Shown: positions 20,572-30,222, numbered from the stretch's first letter. The stretch: DNA of 64,000 bases from Dehalococcoidia bacterium (GCA_965262725.1 OZ253555.1:2752001-2816000); one strand, 5' to 3'. Notes: generated from the letters alone by a model not told the origin. Translations and numbers: made by a program.

Positions 20572-21101
20572 GCGCCGCCGGCCGCGGCGGCGAGGCGGAG
20601 GGCCCCGCGGCCGGCGCTCCCGCGCCCGTCGATCCGCGGCTTCGCGAGAATTCCTGCTTCGGCTGCGGCGATCACAACCCGATCGGCCTGCACCTCCGTT
20701 TCGAGCGCAGCGGGGAGGGAGTGGAGGCGCGCTACCGACCGCGAGCGGACGACCAGGGCTTTCCCGGATTCGTCCACGGCGGCCTGCTCGGGCTGCTCCT
20801 CGACGAGGCGATGGCCTGGGCGATGTATGCCGACGACGTCTACGCCGTGACGGCGCGCATGGAGACGCGCTTCCGCCGTCCCGCCTCCCTCACGGGAGAG
20901 CTCGTTGTGAGCGCGCGCATCCTCCGCAGCCGGGGCCGGCGCATCGAAGTCGAGGGAGAGCTCCGCCAAGAGCCCGGGGACGGCGCGGAGCACGCCGGGA
21001 AGACCGCGCTGATCGCCCAGTCGGCGGGGCTTTTCGTGCGCATGTCGGAGGCGGAGGTGCCGCCCGCCCTGGCTCAGCTCCGCTCGCGGCTCGGGGACTG
21101 A
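20568..21101 (+). CDS. PaaI family hotdog thioesterase
   Basis: CFGCGDHNPIGL, QGFPGFVHGG…LLDEAM; GTGA overlap. Confidence 0.85.
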   Translation: MSAAGRGGEAEGPAAGAPAPVDPRLRENSCFGCGDHNPIGLHLRFERSGEGVEARYRPRADDQGFPGFVHGGLLGLLLDEAMAWAMYADDVYAVTARMETRFRRPASLTGELVVSARILRSRGRRIEVEGELRQEPGDGAEHAGKTALIAQSAGLFVRMSEAEVPPALAQLRSRLGD

Positions 21102-21149
21102 CCGTAGCGGTCGGGCCGCGGCGCGCGGGGCGGGGCCGGGCGTTCGCGC

Positions 21150-22502
21150 TCAGCCAACCCGGCCGGCGCCCGCCGCACGGCGCGGATGCATCGTCTCGCG
21201 GGCGAAAAGCAGGAAGAGAACGGTCGCGAGCGCCACGAGAGCGGCGTTCGCGCCGAGCGCCCACCCGAAGGAGCTAGCGTCGGCGATCACGCCGAGCAGC
21301 GGCGGTCCGACCACGAAACCCACATCGCCGGCCGAGCGGTAGAGGCTCATCGATAGCCCCCGCGCGCCGGGCGGCGCGATGTCGGCGACGTAAGCCGCCG
21401 GCGCTGGCCCCGCCACCGCCGAGGCGACGGAGAGCACGAGCGCTCCGATGAGGAAGAGCGTGATGTTGGTGGCGCCCGCGAAAACGAGCAGCCCGGCCAC
21501 CGTCGCGATCCCGCTCGGTACGATGACCGCGCGGCGCCCGAAGCGGTCGGCCGCGATCGCCGCTGGTGCGATGAGCACGAGATTCACCAGCGACATGCCG
21601 GTGAAGGCCAGGCCCAGGAACCCCGGCGAGAGTCCGAGGCGCGAGTCGCCGAGGAGCGGCACGATGGTCTGCCGACCGCCGGCGCGCGTGAAGAAGATCA
21701 TCGTCGTCACGAAGGCCACGGTGAGGAAGTTCCCCGATACGAGCATCGCGAGCCACGGACGGCGCCCGCCGGCGGCGCCTGCGGTCGCAGGCGCCGGGGC
21801 GTGCTTCCCGATCCCGGTGATCCCGGACGGCGCCGGGGGCGCGGGATCCGGCGCGGGTGGAGCCGGCGCCTGGGATCGGGAGCCGACGGTCTCGGGGAGC
21901 CGCCAGTAGGCGTAGACCGCGGCGACGATGGCGGACAACCCGACCACGAAGAACGGGAGACGGAAGCCGTAGAGCTCGGCGAGGAGCCCGCCGACCGCCG
22001 GACCAATGGACACGCCGAGCAGAAGGGCGCCCTGGTTCGTCGCGATGAAGCGAGCACGGTTCTGGTCGGTCGAGATGTCGGCGAGGTAGGTGAGCGACGC
22101 CACCATGTACATCGCGGAGCCGGCGCCCGCGACCGCGCGCGCCGCCAGGAGCTGCTCGATATCCTGCGCGAGGCCCGTGCCCACCATCCCGGCCGCCGTC
22201 ACGAGAGGCCCCCAGACCAGCAGCGCCCGGCGGCCGTGACGGTCGGAGAGCACGCCCAGCGGCACGTTCAGCACGAGCCGGGCCAGCGCGAAGAGCGAGA
22301 GCGTGAGTCCGACGACGCCGGTCGAGACGTCGAACTCTCGCTGGAACAGCGGAAGCACCGGCGCGATCACACCTTGCCCCGCGGTCACGAGCACGGTGGA
22401 GATGCTGATCATGAGGAGGTGTTCGTGTCCGAGGAGACTGCCCCACCAGTCGCCGGCCCGCGAGACGAGACGCCGCGGGCGGCGTCCGCCGCCCGCTCTC
22501 AC
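21150..22502 (-). CDS. MFS transporter (12 TM)
   Basis: GVLSDRHGRR and AADRFGRR motif A; GTG 22502 overlaps the ald stop. Confidence 0.88.
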   Translation of the reverse strand: MRAGGGRRPRRLVSRAGDWWGSLLGHEHLLMISISTVLVTAGQGVIAPVLPLFQREFDVSTGVVGLTLSLFALARLVLNVPLGVLSDRHGRRALLVWGPLVTAAGMVGTGLAQDIEQLLAARAVAGAGSAMYMVASLTYLADISTDQNRARFIATNQGALLLGVSIGPAVGGLLAELYGFRLPFFVVGLSAIVAAVYAYWRLPETVGSRSQAPAPPAPDPAPPAPSGITGIGKHAPAPATAGAAGGRRPWLAMLVSGNFLTVAFVTTMIFFTRAGGRQTIVPLLGDSRLGLSPGFLGLAFTGMSLVNLVLIAPAAIAADRFGRRAVIVPSGIATVAGLLVFAGATNITLFLIGALVLSVASAVAGPAPAAYVADIAPPGARGLSMSLYRSAGDVGFVVGPPLLGVIADASSFGWALGANAALVALATVLFLLFARETMHPRRAAGAGRVG

Positions 22503-23623
22503 GCCGGCAGGCCGAGCAGCCGTTCGACGGGCGTCCAGTCCCGTCCCAGCGAGGCGGCCACGTCGGGATGGGTGAGGTGGCCCCGCCAGACGTTCACCCC
22601 GCGCCTCAGCGCCGCGTCCCTCGCAACCGCCGTCTCCAGCCCCTCGTTGGCGACACGCAGGATGTACGGGAGAGTGAGGGCGGTGAGCGCGCGCGAGGAG
22701 GTGCGCGGGACGGCTCCGGGCATGTTGGGCACCGCATAGTGCAGCACGCCCTCCTCGAGATAGATGGGATCTAGGTGGTTGGTGGGGCGCGTGGTCTCGA
22801 CGCAACCGCCCTGGTCGACGGCCACGTCGACGACGACCGCACCACTCCCCATCGAGCGCACCATTTCGCGACTGACCACCACGGGTGCGCGCCGGCCGGG
22901 AACGAGGACCGCGCCGACGAGCAGGTCGGCGCCGGCGATGGCGTTGGCGAGGGACTGCGGCGTCGAGATCAGCGTCTCGACGCGCCCGGCGTAGAGTTCC
23001 TCGATCGCCCGCAGCTGCTCCTCGCGGATCGACGCGACCGTGACGCGCGCGCCGGTGCCGACGGCGGCGCGGACCGCGTTCTTGCCGACGTTGCCCGAGC
23101 CCACGATAACGACGTGGGCCGGAGGAACCCCGGGAAGACCCCCGAGCAGCATCCCGCGGCCCGGTCCCGGCCGCTTGAGCAGCGCGGCGCCGATCTCGAC
23201 GGCCATCCGGCCGGCAATCTCGGACATCGGGGCGAGCAGCGGGAGGAAGCCGTCGTCGAGCTTGACGGTCTCGTAGCCGATGGCGACGCATCTCGACGCG
23301 ATGAGCGCGTCGACCACCAGGGGCTCCGCGGCCAGGTGCAGGTAGGTGACGAGCACCTGGCCGTCACGGAGCAGTTCGTACTCGGAGGGCTGGGGCTCCT
23401 TCACCTCGCACATCAACTCGGCGCGCGCGTAGACCTCCTCCGGCGTTGCGACGAGCACCGCTCCGGCCACCTGGTACTCGTGGTCGGAGTAGTGCGAGCC
23501 CTCGCCGGCGGCCCTCTCGATCAGCACTGTGTGGCCCGATCGAACGATTTCGGCGGCGCCCTCGGGCGTGAGCGCCACTCGGTACTCCTCGGTCTTCGTC
23601 TCGCGGACGGTACCGACGATCAC
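22499..23623 (-). CDS. ald: Alanine dehydrogenase
   Basis: ETKTEEYRVALTP, VKEP, TYLHLAA, PLLAPMSEIAG, DVAVDQGGC, YAVPNMPGAVPRTS. Confidence 0.95.
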   Translation of the reverse strand: MIVGTVRETKTEEYRVALTPEGAAEIVRSGHTVLIERAAGEGSHYSDHEYQVAGAVLVATPEEVYARAELMCEVKEPQPSEYELLRDGQVLVTYLHLAAEPLVVDALIASRCVAIGYETVKLDDGFLPLLAPMSEIAGRMAVEIGAALLKRPGPGRGMLLGGLPGVPPAHVVIVGSGNVGKNAVRAAVGTGARVTVASIREEQLRAIEELYAGRVETLISTPQSLANAIAGADLLVGAVLVPGRRAPVVVSREMVRSMGSGAVVVDVAVDQGGCVETTRPTNHLDPIYLEEGVLHYAVPNMPGAVPRTSSRALTALTLPYILRVANEGLETAVARDAALRRGVNVWRGHLTHPDVAASLGRDWTPVERLLGLPA

Positions 23624-23746
23624 CTGAAGACCTCCGGACGGACGCGGGCGCGGATCGGGCTCCTAGAGGCACGAGTATACGGGCGCCAGGCGGTCCCACA
23701 GTCCGGCGGGCGGGCCCCGCGCTCCCGACGGCGAGGTGCGGTCCGG

Positions 23747-24385
23747 CTACGCAGGGGGCGCGGTCTCCGCCGCGCGCCACATGTACCAGCTGCCCACGGA
23801 ACGGTAGGGCGACCACGGCGCCCCGATCTCGCCGGCACGGGCGGGCGAGGGCGCCGCCTCGAGACCGTAGGCGACGCGCATCCCCGCGCGCACGCCAAGA
23901 TCCCCGACGGGGAGCACGTCCGGCCGGCCGAGGTGGAACATCAGGAACATGTGCGCGGTCCACTCGCCGACGCCGCGCACGGCGGTGAGGTGGGTCACGA
24001 CCTCCTCGTCGGCGAGAGCGTCGAGGCGATCCCAGGAGAGCCGGCCCTCCCGAACGCGCTCCGCGAGGTCGCGCAGGTACGAGGCCTTCTGGCGCGAGAC
24101 GCCGACGCGGCGGAACTCCTCGTCCCGCGTCGCCAGGATCTCCTCCGGCGTCGGCGTGGCGTCGGGGTCGGGGTCGGCGTAGAGAGCGCGCCAACGGCGC
24201 TCTATCGCGGCCGCCGCGGCGCCGGCCAGTTGCTGGTAGAGGATCATGCGGACGAGCGCTGAGTAGGGGTCGTCGCTGGGCCGGGGCCGGAACGGGCCGT
24301 GGCACACGATCAGCCGCCCGACCACCGGGTCGGCGGCGCGCAGGTGAGCGTAGGCGCGCCGCGCCGAGAACCGAAGCCGCGACAT
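23747..24385 (-). CDS. alkA: DNA-3-methyladenine glycosylase II (AlkA, HhH-GPD)
   Basis: ILYQQL, GVSRQKASY, RGVGEWTA, DVLPVGDLG, WSPYRS. Confidence 0.9.
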   Translation of the reverse strand: MSRLRFSARRAYAHLRAADPVVGRLIVCHGPFRPRPSDDPYSALVRMILYQQLAGAAAAAIERRWRALYADPDPDATPTPEEILATRDEEFRRVGVSRQKASYLRDLAERVREGRLSWDRLDALADEEVVTHLTAVRGVGEWTAHMFLMFHLGRPDVLPVGDLGVRAGMRVAYGLEAAPSPARAGEIGAPWSPYRSVGSWYMWRAAETAPPA

Positions 24386-24398
24386 GCCGGCGAACGCC

Positions 24399-24938
24399 CT
24401 AGAAGCTCGGCGCGTCGCGGCCGAGCAACCGCCTGACGACCGCCACCTCCCCGAGATGCTGGCTCCCGTGCACGATGATCGTCTGCCCGATCGCCTCCAG
24501 CCTGGGAACCTCGCCCCACGGCACGACCCGAGCCACCCCGATAAGGTGATCGTCGCTCATCGCCTCGATGCGGAGGGTCACCTCCTCGCGCACCGCCCGG
24601 CCATAGTCGGCGAGCGCGGCGCCGCCGGGAAAGCGTACGGCCGCCGCCGCCGCCTCATCCATGCCGGTGCCCTGCTCGACCCGCGGCAGTCCCCACGCCT
24701 CGTGCAGCCCCTGACGCATCCACACCGTGCGCTCCCGCTCGAAGGCGAAGAGCACGACGTTGTCCGCACTCCTCAGGACGTGCCACGCGATGAAACCGAT
24801 CGTGTTCGGGGCTCCGGGCGGGAGCGCGTGGAGTTCCTCGTCCGAGAGGTCGGAGACAGAGGCGATGAGCTCGTCCAGGACGCGGCCCACGAAGTGGGAG
24901 GCGAACCGCTGCATCGTATACGACCCGGCGTCGGACAT
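24399..24938 (-). CDS. DinB superfamily protein (paralog 1)
   Basis: NTIGFIAWHV…HGSQHLGE His triad. Confidence 0.82.
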   Translation of the reverse strand: MSDAGSYTMQRFASHFVGRVLDELIASVSDLSDEELHALPPGAPNTIGFIAWHVLRSADNVVLFAFERERTVWMRQGLHEAWGLPRVEQGTGMDEAAAAAVRFPGGAALADYGRAVREEVTLRIEAMSDDHLIGVARVVPWGEVPRLEAIGQTIIVHGSQHLGEVAVVRRLLGRDAPSF

Positions 24939-24959
24939 GCCCTCCCCCGTCCTTCCCCG

Positions 24960-25502
24960 CTACGGCGCCTCGCCCGGCATCGCTTGGTCAAGCAGCGCGC
25001 GCGTCACGTTGAGCTCCCCCTGGTGCCGGATTGTATGCAGCACCACGAAGATGTGCAGCGCGTCGGCGGCGGCGAACTCGCGGCCGCTGAAGGCGGTCAC
25101 GCGGCGCGCCAGGCCATCCTCGTCCAGAGCACCCGCGGCCACCGTGAGTTCTTCGCGCAGCTCGCCCCCGTAGAGCGCGAGTGCCTCCGCCGAGGGAAGG
25201 CGCAGCGCCTGGGCTTCGGCCGTGGGCTGGCCACTCCCGTTGCCCTTCGCGGGAAGGCCCCAGGCCTCCGCGTACCCGCGCCGCGACCACAGCTCGCACC
25301 CGCTGCTGATGCGTGCCCCGATCACGTCGGCAGTGCGAAAGACATGCCAGGCGATCCACCCGACGGTGTTCGCGCGCGGGTGGACGACCGCGTGGAACTC
25401 GTCGGCGCCCAGGCCGTCGATCGCGGCCAACGTCTCCGCGAGCGCGTCCCGCACGGCCCGTGTGAGCAGTGCCGTCACACCGGTGCCAATCTCCGTCGTC
25501 AT
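24960..25502 (-). CDS. DinB superfamily protein (paralog 2)
   Basis: NTVGWIAWHV…HTIRHQGE His triad. Confidence 0.82.
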   Translation of the reverse strand: MTTEIGTGVTALLTRAVRDALAETLAAIDGLGADEFHAVVHPRANTVGWIAWHVFRTADVIGARISSGCELWSRRGYAEAWGLPAKGNGSGQPTAEAQALRLPSAEALALYGGELREELTVAAGALDEDGLARRVTAFSGREFAAADALHIFVVLHTIRHQGELNVTRALLDQAMPGEAP

Positions 25503-25582
25503 CGTCCCCGCATCCCCGGGCCCGGCCCGCTCCCACTGCCGGCGCCGGGCGCAGTCTCGGCGATCCGCGAGCGCGGCGCCAG

Positions 25583-27460
25583 TTAGATGCGAGCGGCCGC
25601 CGTCTCGCGCACGAGTTCCGCAGCGATCTCGTAGCGGCCGAAGGAGGGCATGACGTAGATCCCCGACAGCCAGGGCACGGAGCGCAGCTCCTCGATGTGC
25701 TCCCGCGCGACAGCGAGTCCGGCGTCGGCACCGGCCTCCCCCGCATCGCGCATCCGCCGGAGCACGGCGGCGGGAACGTCGACGCCGGCCAGCTCGTTGT
25801 GGATGAACTCCGCGTGACGGGACGACATGAGCGGCAGCACGCCCGCGAGCACGGGCACCTCATCGATCTGCAGCCGCTCGAAGAAGCGAAGGAGCGTGTC
25901 GATCTCGTAGACGGGCTGCGTCATCAGCATGTGCGCGCCCGCCTCGACCTTTGCCCGCACCCGGCTCAGCTCGCGGTCGATGTCCTCGGCGGTCGGGTTC
26001 GCCGCGCCGGCCACGAGGAAGTCCGTCGGCCGCCCGATCGAGTTCCCCACGAAGTCGATCCCCTCGTTCAGCCGCCTGAGGACGCGGATGAACTCGACGG
26101 AATCGACGTCCCACACGCGCGAGGATCGCGACGCCTCGGGCGGCGGATCACCGGTCAGCGCCAGTACCGTGCGGATGCCCAGCGCGTGGGCGCCCAGCAT
26201 GTCCGACTGCAGCGCCATCAGGTTCCGGTCGCGCGTGGTCTGGTGGACGATCGTCTCGACCCCGACCTCGCGCTCGATCTGCACGGCGAGAGAGAGCGCG
26301 CTCATGCGCACCCGGGCCATCGGCGAGTCGCCGATGTTGATGGCGTCGGCACCCGCTGCGGCGAGCGTCGCCGCCCCCTCTATGGCTTTGCGCGGGTTGA
26401 TGCCGCGGGGCGGATCGATCTCCACAGCGACCACGAAGCGCCTCCGCGCGAGGGCGTCCCTGAGCGAGCCGCGCCCGACCGAGCCAGGCTCGGCATGAGG
26501 CTCGTCGAGCGCGGGAGGATCGAGCTGGGGAGTCCCGGCGAAGCGCGCGCGGGCACGCCTCTCGAAGCCCCCGGCGGCCGCGTCGAGCGCCTCGCGCATC
26601 GCGCGGATGTGCTCCTCCGTGGTCCCGCAGCACCCCCCGACGACCGCCGCGCCGAGGTCGCGCGCCCGCAGCGCGAAGTCTGCGAAGTACTCGGGCCGCG
26701 CGGGGTAGATCGCCCGCCCGTCGGCGACGCGCGGGAGGCCGGCGTTGGGCTTCACTGCGAGGCGCGCGCGCGGCTGCGTCCCCGCCATCGCCTGGAGCAT
26801 GTCGAGCGCCGCCTGCGGGCCGACGCCGCAGTTCACGCCGATCACGTCGGATCCGGCCGCATCGAGCCGGCGGGCGATCTCGGGCGCGCCCTCGCCGGCC
26901 GGTGAGAACGCGTCGACGTTGAAGTCGAGGGTCACGATCGCCGGATGGTCGGCGGTGACGCGGCGCGCGGCGCGGAGCGCCGCCTCCGCCTCGCGGAGGT
27001 TCGGCATCGATTCGAGCACCAGCACGTCGACGCCGCCCTCGACGAGTGCGCTCACCTGCTCCTCGAATGCGCGCTCGGCGTCCTCCAGGGTCCAGGCACC
27101 GACCAGCAGGTCGAGTCCGATGGGGCCGACCGAGCCCCCGACGAAGACGTCGGCGCCCGCGATCTCCCGCGCATCCCGTGCGATCCGCGCCGCCGCGACA
27201 TTGGCGTCGCGCACGAGCCCGCCGAGCCCGTCGAACTCCAGCTGCGAGCGGCTCGCCGCGAAGGTGTTGGTGAGGATCAGTCGCGCCCCGGCCGCGATGT
27301 AGGACTCGTGGAGCGCCCGCGGGAGCTCCGGCCGCTCCAGCACGACCGTGTCGTTCCGCCCGCGCCACCCAAGCGCCCGCAGGGCAGTGCCGGTCGCGCC
27401 GTCGGCGAGCACCACGCCCTCGTCCAGAGCGTGGAGGAAGGGATGGGTGCGGGCGCTCAT
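25583..27460 (-). CDS. yitJ: Bifunctional homocysteine S-methyltransferase / methylenetetrahydrofolate reductase (YitJ-type)
   Basis: DGATGT, TNTF, GVNC, PNAGLP, GGCCGTT, followed by an MTHFR domain (EIDPPRG, TTRDRN, LTGDP, MTQPVY). Confidence 0.92.
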   Translation of the reverse strand: MSARTHPFLHALDEGVVLADGATGTALRALGWRGRNDTVVLERPELPRALHESYIAAGARLILTNTFAASRSQLEFDGLGGLVRDANVAAARIARDAREIAGADVFVGGSVGPIGLDLLVGAWTLEDAERAFEEQVSALVEGGVDVLVLESMPNLREAEAALRAARRVTADHPAIVTLDFNVDAFSPAGEGAPEIARRLDAAGSDVIGVNCGVGPQAALDMLQAMAGTQPRARLAVKPNAGLPRVADGRAIYPARPEYFADFALRARDLGAAVVGGCCGTTEEHIRAMREALDAAAGGFERRARARFAGTPQLDPPALDEPHAEPGSVGRGSLRDALARRRFVVAVEIDPPRGINPRKAIEGAATLAAAGADAINIGDSPMARVRMSALSLAVQIEREVGVETIVHQTTRDRNLMALQSDMLGAHALGIRTVLALTGDPPPEASRSSRVWDVDSVEFIRVLRRLNEGIDFVGNSIGRPTDFLVAGAANPTAEDIDRELSRVRAKVEAGAHMLMTQPVYEIDTLLRFFERLQIDEVPVLAGVLPLMSSRHAEFIHNELAGVDVPAAVLRRMRDAGEAGADAGLAVAREHIEELRSVPWLSGIYVMPSFGRYEIAAELVRETAAARI

Positions 27461-27682
27461 TTGTGCAGTGTCGCAGCCGGGGGTCCAGCGATCATTACCT
27501 GGCAGAGGGAGAAGGAGACGTCGGCCCTCCCGCGTCCGTCCAGCCACGGGACGGGACGCCTCCCCTGCTCAAGGCGGATCCGCCGTCGCGCCGGTGTACC
27601 GGGGTGGGGCAATGGCGGAGGCGACTACCCGGTCGCACCGCGCCAACGCCACGCCTCGTCCCGACGCCCCCGCGCCCGCGTC

Positions 27683-28165
27683 TCACAGGCCGACGGATGA
27701 CATCGCGCCGACGTAGCCCCCGCGCGGGGGCCCGAAGCCGGATTCCGCGAACTCGCAGAAACGCGTGGAGAAGCCATAGCGGGAGAGCTCGTTCACCGGA
27801 ACGAAGGCGACGTCGGATATCGGGTTGGCATCGTGGGTGTTGTCCGGGCGGCGGAGAGCGCCGCCCGAGCGGCTCACGGAAAAGGTGACGTGGAGGAGCG
27901 GCGGGTCACGGTCGAGGCGCTCGCCGACCCAGAGTAGCCCGGTGACGTTCGCCCGGATCCCGGTCTCCTCGAGGAGCTCGCGGACGCAGGCGCTCTCGAG
28001 TGACTCGCCGGGGTCGACGCGGCCTCCGGGGAGGGACCATGCCCGGCCGTCCCAGAGCTTCTGACGGACGAGGAGGAGGCGGCCGCTCTCGACGAGGATC
28101 GCGGAGACGCGGACGACGAAGCTCGCGTGGCCCTGCTCGCCGGGCACCGTCCCCGCCTCACCCAT
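27683..28165 (-). CDS. NUDIX hydrolase
   Basis: Nudix box LPGGRVDPGESLESACVRELLEETG; start uncertain. Confidence 0.88.
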   Translation of the reverse strand: MGEAGTVPGEQGHASFVVRVSAILVESGRLLLVRQKLWDGRAWSLPGGRVDPGESLESACVRELLEETGIRANVTGLLWVGERLDRDPPLLHVTFSVSRSGGALRRPDNTHDANPISDVAFVPVNELSRYGFSTRFCEFAESGFGPPRGGYVGAMSSVGL

Positions 28166-28276
28166 CCGCTCACCTCGCGAGAGCCCCTCGGCCAACCCCG
28201 GGGACGGCGGTCACGGCCGTCCCTGCCGGCGCCGCCGCCTGGCGGCGGGCCGACCCGCCGGGGCGGCGAACGGCGG

Positions 28277-28738
28277 TCAGACGCCCTGCGCCGCGGGCAC
28301 CAGCTCGAGCAGCAACTCCTCGATCTGTCGGTAGTCGGCCTCACTGATGCGGTGGAGATTGCCGCGAAAGGCCATGCCGAGCTTCTTCGGGCCGTAGCGG
28401 CGGGTCTTCTCCAGGAGGTCGGTCACCTCCCGGACGTCCACGTAGTGGCCGGGCGGGGGGACCACGACGGGACTGGTGGGGATGCGGAACGGGAAACGCT
28501 CGCCGGGCTTACCCTCGGATTGTAGGCCGATCTCGGACTCATCCTCGTAGCCCTCGCCCGTCACCTCTGCGATGCCCCCGAACTGCACGACCTTCGTGAG
28601 GTAGAAGACGAGCCGGTCCCCCGGTCGCATCGCCTCGGTTTCCCGCCTTCTGGAGGACTTGAAGGCGCAGAGGTCGAAGTCGCGCCCTCGCAGCGTCTCG
28701 AAGTTCTCGGCCGATCCGACCACGATCCACGCCTGCAT
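28277..28738 (-). CDS. EVE domain protein (PUA-like)
   Basis: WIVVGSAENF, MRPGDRLVFY, FPFRI, ISEADY pattern. Confidence 0.85.
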   Translation of the reverse strand: MQAWIVVGSAENFETLRGRDFDLCAFKSSRRRETEAMRPGDRLVFYLTKVVQFGGIAEVTGEGYEDESEIGLQSEGKPGERFPFRIPTSPVVVPPPGHYVDVREVTDLLEKTRRYGPKKLGMAFRGNLHRISEADYRQIEELLLELVPAAQGV

Positions 28739-28871
28739 CGCATTCCCCATCCGTCGAACGGACGCGCAGAGGGGCGCGCCGCGCACGCCTCAGGATAACG
28801 GACCGCCCCGGCGGGCGGCGGTAGGATCTCGCGGGCACCGGGGTCCCGGTTCATCTCCCGGGGGAGGGCTC

Positions 28872-29594
28872 ATGCGCGAACTCAGACGCTGGGAAGCGGG
28901 GACGTCCATCGTCGTGCGCTACGTCGGGCACGTCGACGGCATCCTTCACGGCCGGCCGCACCTCGTCGTCCGCGACGACGCAGCACTCCTCGCGCTCTAC
29001 CTGCCGGCGGGCACGGAGCTCGGCCTTGAGTACGACGAGCGGCTCGACCGGCTCTCGCGCTCCGAAGGGGAGCGCGCCGCGCGCGCCGAAGCCGCCGCCG
29101 CGACCCGCGTCTGGCGGGAGTTCGACGTCCTGCGCTTGATGCCGGCCGGGGCCCGCCATTCGACCTGGCTCTTCTGGCGGGACGGCCGGCACCTCGGCTG
29201 GTACGTCAACATGGAGGCGCCCTACCGCCGGCACGCACTCGGCATCGACACGACCGACAACATCGTCGATCTCTGGGTCACGCCCGATCTCACGTGGCGC
29301 TGGAAGGACCTCGAGGAGCTTGAGCAGCGCGTCGAGCGCGGGCACATCCATCCCGACGAGGCGGCGTCATTCCGCCGTGAGGGCGAGCGGGTGATCGCGG
29401 CTGTCGAGGCGCGAGCGTCGCCGTTCAGCGACGGCTGGGAGCGATGGACCCCCGACACGGCGTGGCCGATTCCGACGCTGCCAGCGGGCTGGGCCGAGTT
29501 CCACGGGCGGGAGACAGACCTCAACCGGGGGCCCCCGGCCGACCCTCCGGCGGGGAGCGCTGCGGGCGTGGCCGAGCCCCAGGGCCCCGCCTAG
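28872..29594 (+). CDS. DUF402 (FomD-like) protein
   Basis: VVRDD, GWYVNME, DTTDNIVDLWV…WKDLEE acidic metal-binding motifs; GGAGG RBS. Confidence 0.85.
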   Translation: MRELRRWEAGTSIVVRYVGHVDGILHGRPHLVVRDDAALLALYLPAGTELGLEYDERLDRLSRSEGERAARAEAAAATRVWREFDVLRLMPAGARHSTWLFWRDGRHLGWYVNMEAPYRRHALGIDTTDNIVDLWVTPDLTWRWKDLEELEQRVERGHIHPDEAASFRREGERVIAAVEARASPFSDGWERWTPDTAWPIPTLPAGWAEFHGRETDLNRGPPADPPAGSAAGVAEPQGPA

Positions 29595-30088
29595 TGGCAG
29601 GCGCGGGCCGTGCCGCCGCCGTCGGCGGCCTGGAACGACGACCCGCAGGCGCAGGAGGAGACGGCGTTCGGGTTGTAGATCGTGAAGCCCGACTTCATCA
29701 GGTCCTCGACGTAGTCGATCTCGGCGCCCCCGAGCAGCTCGCGCGAGTCGGGGTCGACGACGATGCGCACGCCATCGGCCTCGATGACGGTGTCGTCGCT
29801 CTCGACCTCCTTGGCGAGCGCCATCCCGTACTGGTAGCCGGAGCAGCCGCCACCCACCACGAAGACGCGCAGCGCGCCCGCCGGGAGGCCCTTCTGCACC
29901 ATCAACTCGCCCGCCTTCTCCGCCGCCCGCGGCGTGATGGTGACGATGACGGGGGGCGCCATCAGCGCCGGCGCGAGTGCGCCTCCGGTGAGATCCCGTC
30001 CACCCACAAGGTCACGAGAGGCCACGCCGCCGGGGGCGCCCGTGAGATCGCGCCCAGCAGGCGCAGTGAGATCACGCTGTAGAGTCAT
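29591..30088 (-). CDS. iscA: A-type Fe-S carrier (IscA/ErpA/HesB) with a repeat-containing N-terminal extension
   Basis: GGGCSGYQY and NPNAVSSCACGSSF; GGAGG 7 nt upstream of ATG 30088. Confidence 0.9.
   Translation of the reverse strand: MTLQRDLTAPAGRDLTGAPGGVASRDLVGGRDLTGGALAPALMAPPVIVTITPRAAEKAGELMVQKGLPAGALRVFVVGGGCSGYQYGMALAKEVESDDTVIEADGVRIVVDPDSRELLGGAEIDYVEDLMKSGFTIYNPNAVSSCACGSSFQAADGGGTARACH
29987..30076. repeat. Four degenerate 12-bp repeats (GTGAGATC core) encoding RDL[T/V] in the IscA extension
   Basis: ggtgagatcccg 29987, cacaaggtcacg 30005, cgtgagatcgcg 30041, agtgagatcacg 30065. Confidence 0.65.
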
Positions 30089-30222
30089 CGCTCGCCCTCC
30101 GCACCGGGCACCTGAACGGCCGCCGGGCATGGCCCGCGACGGCGACAGGGTGCCTCGTACAGATGATAGTCGGACGCTCGCGCGCCGTCCATGAAGCCGC
30201 CCCGGGTCCCGGGCCTGATCCC

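Noticed and set aside
27461-27682. Possible SAM/SAH/cobalamin riboswitch upstream of yitJ
   Set aside because: Could not find SAM-I, SAH or B12-box core sequences on the minus strand; a -10-like hexamer 6 nt before the ATG suggests no leader.
29591-30088. HesB-like selenoprotein
   Set aside because: All three conserved positions are Cys codons and there is no in-frame UGA. I saw no other convincing Sec readthrough in the window besides selD.
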